38,675 bases of DNA, from the NCBI GenBank assembly GCA_007117285.1, contig SKGW01000053.1:1-38675 (forward strand), given 5' to 3'. The notes below the pieces were generated by a model. The model made no database searches and was not told where the DNA came from. It was given only the letters and a program-made list of their open reading frames with translations. This document shows positions 8,144 through 14,300 of this stretch, one piece after another (positions within the stretch are counted from its first letter, which is position 1; every line of letters starts with the position of its first letter). The stretch comes from Bacilli bacterium (GTDB lineage Bacteria; Bacillota_I; Bacilli_A; RF39; UBA660). Made by a program: the position numbers and the translations under genes.

Positions 8144-8338
8144 ATGGCATATAAAATAAAAAAAGATGAAAGAGATGAAGAGTTAATTGGAAAAAAAATC
8201 AATAAATTAATTATTGATAGTGATTCTGAACGACCTTTTGAAATTGTTTTTGAATATGAAGCTCTAAAAGAAGAAGATATAGTTGAAAATAAAAAGCGGA
8301 AAGAGGAAAAGAAAAATGATGAAAAACCTTCAAGTTAA
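8144..8338 (+). CDS. Small (64 aa) highly charged Lys/Glu-rich hypothetical protein
   Basis: ATG preceded by AGAGGTGA. MAYKIKKDERDEEL... The upstream part of the track ORF (from 8078) runs through the operator palindrome and lacks an RBS. Confidence 0.5.
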   Translation: MAYKIKKDERDEELIGKKINKLIIDSDSERPFEIVFEYEALKEEDIVENKKRKEEKKNDEKPSS

Positions 8339-9977
8339 CGAAATCAATTCCTTTATTTCCGACGTGAAATTAAATAATCTCAATTCCAGAGAAATTTATC
8401 GCAAATTACTACAGTACAAAGTAGATCCTGAATACGTAAATAGAGATATGACCTCTCTTAGAGATTTCTGCTCAAACATTCCCGAGGTTTTAATCTCCCA
8501 AATCGAAGAAAAAAGAAAAACAAGTAGCGAATATGATCTTTTTAGATCATATATCAAACTTCAAAGTCCCGAAAAATATACATTTAAACATATAAATGCC
8601 TCTTTTAATCATAAGAATGAAGCTGGTGTAAGAGATATAGTTAAATTATATATACCGATTCATTTTAAGCACCTACCCGAAAGTCTTTCCAAGATTTATC
8701 AATTTCTTTTTGATAATAAAATAGATTTTCAATCAAAAATAGCTGGCGAAATTAGATCGGACTTATTTTGCTTGCGAGTAAATTCCAAAGAAAATGCCAA
8801 AAAAGTAATAGATTTTTGCAAAAAAGACAAGCAAATAAGCGGAAATTATACCAAACTCAATCCATTCTTAGCTCAATCTGATGGAATTGGTGTTGCACAA
8901 GACACATATCACCAAAGTTATAATGAGTATGTATCTAGAATATTGGAAGAATATAAAAAAAGAACTCCAAAAATTAGTAATGCATCATTCGACTTGCAGG
9001 ATTTTGTAAAAACTAAGTATTTAACTGCAAAAGATACTCGTAACAAGTATATGTCGAGTGTGTTTTTGAGAAATCTTGAATCAATAAACAGCCGGACTGA
9101 TATTTTTGTTTATTTAAAAGATAAATACAACATTACATTCGATGCAAATCTATTTTACCAATATGAAAGATTTCATGACGGTAAGAACTATTTTTATAAA
9201 GATGAGTCAGGAACAACAATATCAAAAGATACAAATCCAGAATTATATCTTAAACTCCAGGCCAACAATTTTCTACATAAAATTCATTTGAACTATTATA
9301 AAGAAAATCCTGAAAAAGATTTCGTGTTAAATGAAACAATTTCAAAACAAATTTCGCAAAGATTAGACGATATCCTAGACCTAAATTTGAAATCACTTTC
9401 AAATTGTGAAATAAATGCTATATACGATGATCCTAAAATAGCAGAACTAACACCATACTTTTATGCGAACTTTGCAAAAGAGCATAAATTTACCAACTCC
9501 TATGAAACATACCAACTAATTAATCATATTCAGAAAAGTGTTGTAAAAAAAGAAGATGAAAGAATAAAGCAAGAAACAAGCAAAAATCTTCCAAACTATG
9601 TAATAAGTGTAGCAGACGGAACAGTTGTGATAAATAAAACCTCCGAAAACATGTGTAATATATTACTAAAAAAAGCCGATAAAATTAAAAGATATCGAAA
9701 TGTTTCACTTGAATTAAATGATGAATTAATGAAGGAAATTAGCGACATCTCCAAAGCATATCGTTCTTCTATCGCAAGCATTTTATTAGATGAAGAGAGA
9801 AATCAACGAATGATAAACGATAGAAAGGGCCATTTCGGAATATTTGAATATAATCCTCATGAGAAAAATGTTGCTAAGTTTTATGATCCAGAATCAATTA
9901 GAAAACTATATGCTGAACGAAAAGGAAAGAACCTGGAAATAGAAGTGGAAGAAGAGATTGCTTCAAAAGCAAGATAA
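8316..9977 (+). CDS. Large orphan hypothetical protein (~553 aa)
   Basis: ATGATG at 8316, with AAAGAGGA 8 nt upstream, overlaps the 3' end of the small ORF by 23 nt. I have no confident family. The N-terminal third (VKLYIPIHF ... FQSKI ... IRSDLFCLRV ... NPFLAQSDGIGVAQD) is faintly reminiscent of the HopA1 / LanKC-N lyase-like family. Confidence 0.7.
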   Translation: MMKNLQVNEINSFISDVKLNNLNSREIYRKLLQYKVDPEYVNRDMTSLRDFCSNIPEVLISQIEEKRKTSSEYDLFRSYIKLQSPEKYTFKHINASFNHKNEAGVRDIVKLYIPIHFKHLPESLSKIYQFLFDNKIDFQSKIAGEIRSDLFCLRVNSKENAKKVIDFCKKDKQISGNYTKLNPFLAQSDGIGVAQDTYHQSYNEYVSRILEEYKKRTPKISNASFDLQDFVKTKYLTAKDTRNKYMSSVFLRNLESINSRTDIFVYLKDKYNITFDANLFYQYERFHDGKNYFYKDESGTTISKDTNPELYLKLQANNFLHKIHLNYYKENPEKDFVLNETISKQISQRLDDILDLNLKSLSNCEINAIYDDPKIAELTPYFYANFAKEHKFTNSYETYQLINHIQKSVVKKEDERIKQETSKNLPNYVISVADGTVVINKTSENMCNILLKKADKIKRYRNVSLELNDELMKEISDISKAYRSSIASILLDEERNQRMINDRKGHFGIFEYNPHEKNVAKFYDPESIRKLYAERKGKNLEIEVEEEIASKAR

Positions 9978-10002
9978 TTAATAATTTCTTGCTTTTTTAT
10001 TG
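9879..10002 (+). repeat. Direct repeat copy 1 (124 bp): 3' end, stop and terminator of the orphan gene
   Basis: Matches 14127-14249 with 3 substitutions and one 1-nt indel. Confidence 0.95.
9967..9999 (+). terminator. Intrinsic terminator spanning the stop codon of the orphan gene
   Basis: Stem AAGCAAGA (9967-9974) / TCTTGCTT (9987-9994), an AT-rich 12-nt loop, then a T-run. Confidence 0.65.
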
Positions 10003-10017
10003 GCAATAAACCGGTTA

Positions 10018-10027
10018 TTTTGAACAA
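10018..10027 (+). promoter_or_regulatory. Additional TTTTGAACAA box upstream of the glycosylation cassette promoter
   Basis: Exact 10-mer shared with 8014 and 8034. It lies 16 nt after repeat copy 1 and about 24 nt before the TGCTATAAT box. Confidence 0.45.
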
Positions 10028-10050
10028 CATAGTATTAATTTGTACTCTTG

Positions 10051-10059
10051 TGCTATAAT
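10051..10059 (+). promoter_or_regulatory. Extended -10 box (TGCTATAAT) of the glycosylation cassette
   Basis: TGCTATAAT at 10051-10059, about 77 nt upstream of the ATG at 10136. Confidence 0.55.
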
Positions 10060-10135
10060 GAAATTAATAATTGCATAATATGTGATGTAACGTATAAATG
10101 ATTTGAGTGTCCTGCATATTTTGAAAGGAGCAAAT

Positions 10136-11062
10136 ATGAAATTAATCATTCAAATTCCCTGTTATAACGAAGAAAAAACATTAGCAAAAACAATTAGTGA
10201 TTTACCAAAAAAAATAGAAGGAATAGATACAATAGAAATCGTAGTAATTGATGATGGTTCCAATGATAAAACAAGTATAGTGTCAAGTGAATTAGGTGTG
10301 AATTATGTTGTTAGTTTAAATAGAAACAAAGGTTTAGCAACTGCTTTTCAATGTGGAATTGATAAATGTTTGGAACAAGGAGCAGATATTATTGTGAATA
10401 CTGATGGTGATAATCAGTATAAAGCAAAGTATATTAAAGAGTTAATAAAACCTATCTTAGATAAGAAAGCAGATATAGTAATTGGGGATCGTCAAGTAAT
10501 GAAAAACAGAAATATGAATTTGACTAAAAAAATTTTTCAAAAGTTGGGCTCATTGGTTGTAAGCAGATTGGCTCGGAGTAAAATACCTGATGTAACAAGT
10601 GGCTTTAGAGCTTATTCTAGAGATGCAGCTTTAAATATCAATGTTAACTCTGAATATTCTTACTCATTAGAGACGCTAATTGATTCTGGAATTAGAAAAG
10701 AAAAAATCATATCAATACCTATTGAAACAAATCCCAAAACAAGGGAGTCAAGATTATTTAAAAACAATATATACTATATTAAAAAATCAACCTCAACAAT
10801 AATTAGATCCTTCTTATATAATAAGCCGTTAGGGGCTATTTTCACTAGTTCCTTGGTTTTCTTTGGATTAGTTATTATTATGCTTTCGTTATACTTGAGA
10901 AATGAGAGCATTAATTTTCTAATATTAGCACTCCTTTTTTTCATAACAGGAACACAACTAGTCATATTTTCTTTTATTGCAGATTCGATAGCTAACAATA
11001 AAAAAACAAATGATAAAATACTATATAGGATTAAAAAAAATGATTACAAAAAAAACAATTAA
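10136..11062 (+). CDS. GT2 glycosyltransferase, GtrB/CsbB-like polyprenyl-phosphate sugar synthase
   Basis: ATG with an AAAGGAG RBS. IQIPCYNEE, VVIDDGSNDKT and NTDGDNQY (DxD) motifs. Two C-terminal hydrophobic helices, as in GtrB-type enzymes. Confidence 0.85.
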   Translation: MKLIIQIPCYNEEKTLAKTISDLPKKIEGIDTIEIVVIDDGSNDKTSIVSSELGVNYVVSLNRNKGLATAFQCGIDKCLEQGADIIVNTDGDNQYKAKYIKELIKPILDKKADIVIGDRQVMKNRNMNLTKKIFQKLGSLVVSRLARSKIPDVTSGFRAYSRDAALNINVNSEYSYSLETLIDSGIRKEKIISIPIETNPKTRESRLFKNNIYYIKKSTSTIIRSFLYNKPLGAIFTSSLVFFGLVIIMLSLYLRNESINFLILALLFFITGTQLVIFSFIADSIANNKKTNDKILYRIKKNDYKKNN

Positions 11063-11495
11063 TCAATTTTTGAAATATCATTTTATTTCCGGAATAGGGT
11101 GGATTTTAAATTTATTGATTTTCCTGTTTTTCCTAAAAAAATTCAATATTTTTGTATCCAATATTTTATCCACTTATATAACAATAACAGCCGTATTCAT
11201 ACTATCGGTATATAAAGTGTTTGATAGTACAGTTGATAAAAAGTCGATTAACTACGTTATATATTTGATATATAAAGTTTTATCAGTATTTATTTTTTCC
11301 TATGTTCTAGTAATGATTTATAATCTTCTATCAAAGGTTTTAGATAATCCTGTAATATTATCTAAAATACTAATCACCCCCTTAATTTCTTGTAGTAATT
11401 TTTTCGCATTAAAAATAATTATAGAGGAATTTGCCAAAAATAAGATAAAATGCTATTATTTAGAAAATAATGTAAAGGAGAGTAATTTGTATTGA
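11040..11495 (+). CDS. GtrA-like small polytopic membrane protein (putative lipid-linked sugar flippase)
   Basis: About 150 aa with four hydrophobic segments. Sits immediately after and overlaps the GT2 gene. The start is ambiguous (ATG 11040 or ATG 11010). Confidence 0.65.
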   Translation: MITKKTINQFLKYHFISGIGWILNLLIFLFFLKKFNIFVSNILSTYITITAVFILSVYKVFDSTVDKKSINYVIYLIYKVLSVFIFSYVLVMIYNLLSKVLDNPVILSKILITPLISCSNFFALKIIIEEFAKNKIKCYYLENNVKESNLY

Positions 11496-11515
11496 AAGTA
11501 AGGAATAATTTCACG

Positions 11516-12571
11516 ATGATCAAAAAGCTTGAAAAAAAAATCAAAGGTTTTACATTAATAGAGTTACTTGCGATTATTGTTATAATTGGTCTGCTAATAT
11601 TAGTAATTGTACCGGCGGTATCTGATGTAATTGAACATTCTAGAAAGAAAACTTTTCATTCCAGTATATCTAGCTTGGTTAAAATTGCCCAAAACACTTG
11701 TGCCGAAAGGGTGGCATTTGGTCAGGAAAAAGATGTTACTTATACTTTTGAAAACGGTATTCAAACAACTCACCCTAGCAATCAATCAAAATTATCATTT
11801 GCGGGAAAAGCTCCTCACGCTGGATATTTAATTATAAATGGGGACTGTGAGATAAGATTGTCGCTTTCAAACGGGAAATATTTTATTGAAAAGAGTTTTG
11901 AAAGCACGCTAAATCAGCCTGTTGCTTATGACGATCAAGATTTAGAGGCTCCTTATCTGAAGGCACCTTGCCGGGGAATGACTAGCATAGTTGATCCAAG
12001 AGATTCTAAAGAATACAAAATAGTTGAAATTGGAGATCAATGTTGGTTTGCTGAATATTTAGATTATGAAGATCCTCTTTGTATTTCAAATCCAATTGAT
12101 CATCCGTCAGCAACGGGTTGCAGAAGAAATAACAATATAGTTTATTACCAATTCGATGCCCTAATGAATGGCGAAACCACAGAAGGTAGTCAAGGAGTTT
12201 GCCCTACAGGCTGGTACGTTCCTACGGATGACGACTTTCATGCATTAGAAATTTACTATGCCGTCGATGAATGTTCTGCAACAAGAATAGGTTTGCATGG
12301 TTCTGGATCTGAGTCTTCATATGATTGTTCACCGGCAGGGTCAGCGCTAAAACACACTAATTATTTTAATGCGGAATTAGTTGGCTACGTTATACCTTAT
12401 TCGGGAAACCTCTTTAATTATGGTTTTGATGCACTACTAGTTAGTTCAAGTGAATATTATAACGATTACTCCATAGTCAGAATTGTTTCCGAATCTTCTG
12501 ATGCCATTAGTCGAGCCTATACTTCAACGTATAATTTGTTACCCTTGAGGTGCATAAAGAGCAGTCAATGA
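11516..12571 (+). CDS. Prepilin-type leader protein with pilin-like head and C-terminal Fibrobacter-succinogenes-major-paralogous (FISH) domain
   Basis: MIKKLEKKIKG/FTLIELLAIIVIIGLL is a class III signal (G/F with Glu at +5). C-terminal DPRDSKEYKIVEIGDQCWFAEYL ... CPTGWYVPTDDDF ... LPLRCIKSS matches the FISH-domain pattern. Ends with TGA. Confidence 0.85.
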   Translation: MIKKLEKKIKGFTLIELLAIIVIIGLLILVIVPAVSDVIEHSRKKTFHSSISSLVKIAQNTCAERVAFGQEKDVTYTFENGIQTTHPSNQSKLSFAGKAPHAGYLIINGDCEIRLSLSNGKYFIEKSFESTLNQPVAYDDQDLEAPYLKAPCRGMTSIVDPRDSKEYKIVEIGDQCWFAEYLDYEDPLCISNPIDHPSATGCRRNNNIVYYQFDALMNGETTEGSQGVCPTGWYVPTDDDFHALEIYYAVDECSATRIGLHGSGSESSYDCSPAGSALKHTNYFNAELVGYVIPYSGNLFNYGFDALLVSSSEYYNDYSIVRIVSESSDAISRAYTSTYNLLPLRCIKSSQ

Positions 12572-12581
12572 GGTTTTCATT

Positions 12582-14225
12582 ATGAAAAAGAAAAATATAT
12601 TTTTAATGATATCGTTATTAATAGCTCTAAAATTTGTTCTAATTACTAGCAATATAACACCTTACTTTAGAATGATGCGTTTTGATGAGTTGCTCTATAT
12701 TGATCAAACATATAATTTGTTTAATGGTAATTTCTTAGGAGTTTATAACGAATACACTTTAACTAAGGGGTATATATTCCCTCTTTTTGTTTTGTTTTTC
12801 AACGTTTTTAAAATATCGTATGTTATGGGACTCGAAATATTTTATGTAATCACATTATTGTTATTTTTTCGCGCTTTAAGATACTACACAGACAAGGAGA
12901 TTGTTAAAATATCAATTTTTGCAGTTTTGCTTTTTTCACCAGTCATAGTTACTTGGGAAATGTCGAACATGTTTTATCGGAACGGCTTGAGTCTAGTCTT
13001 GGCCTTTCTTTTGTTTGTAATTTTTTTAGAAATATATAACAATTCTAATAACCAAAAAAATTATTTTCTATTTGGCATTGTTGCAGCATTATTTATGCTT
13101 AATAGAGAGGATTTTTATTGGTTTATTCCCATCTTTATATCACTTTTATTTATTAAAACTAAAATCACTAACAAGATTGTGCCGATAGTAATTATTGCCT
13201 GTTCTTTTTTTATAGTCGCAACAGTTAATTATTATTATTATGATACTTTTATAGTGAACGAATTGAAATCTGGTCAATTTAAAAATACATATTCACTAAT
13301 GATGAGCGTCAAAAGAAAAAATGACTCAAACCTAATATTTAGCGAAAGAATTGAGTTAGTAAAAGAGTACAGTCCAGCTTTCAATTCTATTTTTAAAGAT
13401 GATAATTTCGGCACATATATGTCTTTAAAAGGAAATGTAGAGAGTTATAAGGATTTAGAAGATAGAGGAATACCTAATCACTTTTTTTGGATCTTTCGAG
13501 AAAGAGTTCAACAGTTGGGGTATTATGAAAGTGCAAACGAAGCCGAACTATTTTATAAAAGAATATATGATGAAATAAAAAAGGAAATCGATGATGGTAA
13601 TTTAACAAAAGAAAAAACAATTTCGACAGGGATGGCCTTGCCTATATATTTAGATCAGATAAACCTTGAATATTTAGGTGCCGTTTCTGGTAGGCTTGCC
13701 ACTTCTTTCAAGATGTCAGCTACTTATGATGGTATAAAATATGTTGAACCTTGCTCGCCTAAATATTTTGGATATGAAAAAAAGTTTGAAAAAATCACAA
13801 ATGTTGAAAACAAGAAATTTTTATGTTCTGAAAAAACAAGAAATTATAACCAAACGACGATAGTGAAAATAGAAAGAATAAGAAAAGTTTATGCTATAGT
13901 TACACCGTTTTTGCTTCTTGGAGGATTTGGATCCTTGATAGCTTTGATTTACAAGAAAAAGGATATCTTTGCAGAATTGGCAATATTTTTAGCAGTAACT
14001 TTGCTTGCACTTGGAGTGTCGTTTGCAGACTACACTTCGTTTTACGCTTTGCGGTTTTATTATCTTGCACCACTGTACTTTTTTCTTCCAATAGCTAGTA
14101 TTTTGTTAATATTGAAATTAATAAAATTTTATGATCCAGAATCAATTAGGAAACTATATGCTGAACGAAAAGGAAAGAACCTGGAAATAGAAGTGGAAGA
14201 AGAAATTACTTCAAAAGCAAGATAA
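12582..14225 (+). CDS. GT-C-fold-like polytopic membrane glycosyltransferase (GtrC/YfhO/ArnT-type role) with a chimeric C-terminal tail
   Basis: Multi-pass membrane protein. A DELLY motif lies after the first helix (DExxY first-loop signature of GT-C enzymes). It has a soluble insert of about 200 aa and further helices. The last 32 aa are encoded by repeat copy 2. Confidence 0.6.
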   Translation: MKKKNIFLMISLLIALKFVLITSNITPYFRMMRFDELLYIDQTYNLFNGNFLGVYNEYTLTKGYIFPLFVLFFNVFKISYVMGLEIFYVITLLLFFRALRYYTDKEIVKISIFAVLLFSPVIVTWEMSNMFYRNGLSLVLAFLLFVIFLEIYNNSNNQKNYFLFGIVAALFMLNREDFYWFIPIFISLLFIKTKITNKIVPIVIIACSFFIVATVNYYYYDTFIVNELKSGQFKNTYSLMMSVKRKNDSNLIFSERIELVKEYSPAFNSIFKDDNFGTYMSLKGNVESYKDLEDRGIPNHFFWIFRERVQQLGYYESANEAELFYKRIYDEIKKEIDDGNLTKEKTISTGMALPIYLDQINLEYLGAVSGRLATSFKMSATYDGIKYVEPCSPKYFGYEKKFEKITNVENKKFLCSEKTRNYNQTTIVKIERIRKVYAIVTPFLLLGGFGSLIALIYKKKDIFAELAIFLAVTLLALGVSFADYTSFYALRFYYLAPLYFFLPIASILLILKLIKFYDPESIRKLYAERKGKNLEIEVEEEITSKAR

Positions 14226-14249
14226 TTAATAATTTCTTGTTTTTTATTG
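14127..14249 (+). repeat. Direct repeat copy 2 (123 bp)
   Basis: Same sequence as 9879-10002. It includes 32 codons, the TAA and a weakened hairpin/T-run. Confidence 0.95.
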
Positions 14250-14275
14250 ATAAGAATTGGTTGCTATGTTATACT
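14247..14275 (+). promoter_or_regulatory. Sigma-A-type promoter of the 586-aa gene, with its -35 box straddling the end of repeat copy 2
   Basis: TTGATA (14247-14252), a 17-nt spacer with TG at -15/-14, then TATACT (14270-14275). The RBS AGGAGG precedes the ATG at 14301. Confidence 0.65.
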
Positions 14276-14300
14276 TTTTATTAGAGTAGGAGGATTTTAA

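Noticed and set aside
8283-8338. A programmed frameshift fusing the 64-aa ORF to the large orphan ORF.
   Set aside because: A +1 shift would be required, and I see no recognisable shifty site or stimulatory structure. The large ORF has its own ATG with a well-spaced AAAGAGGA RBS, so ordinary overlap coupling suffices.
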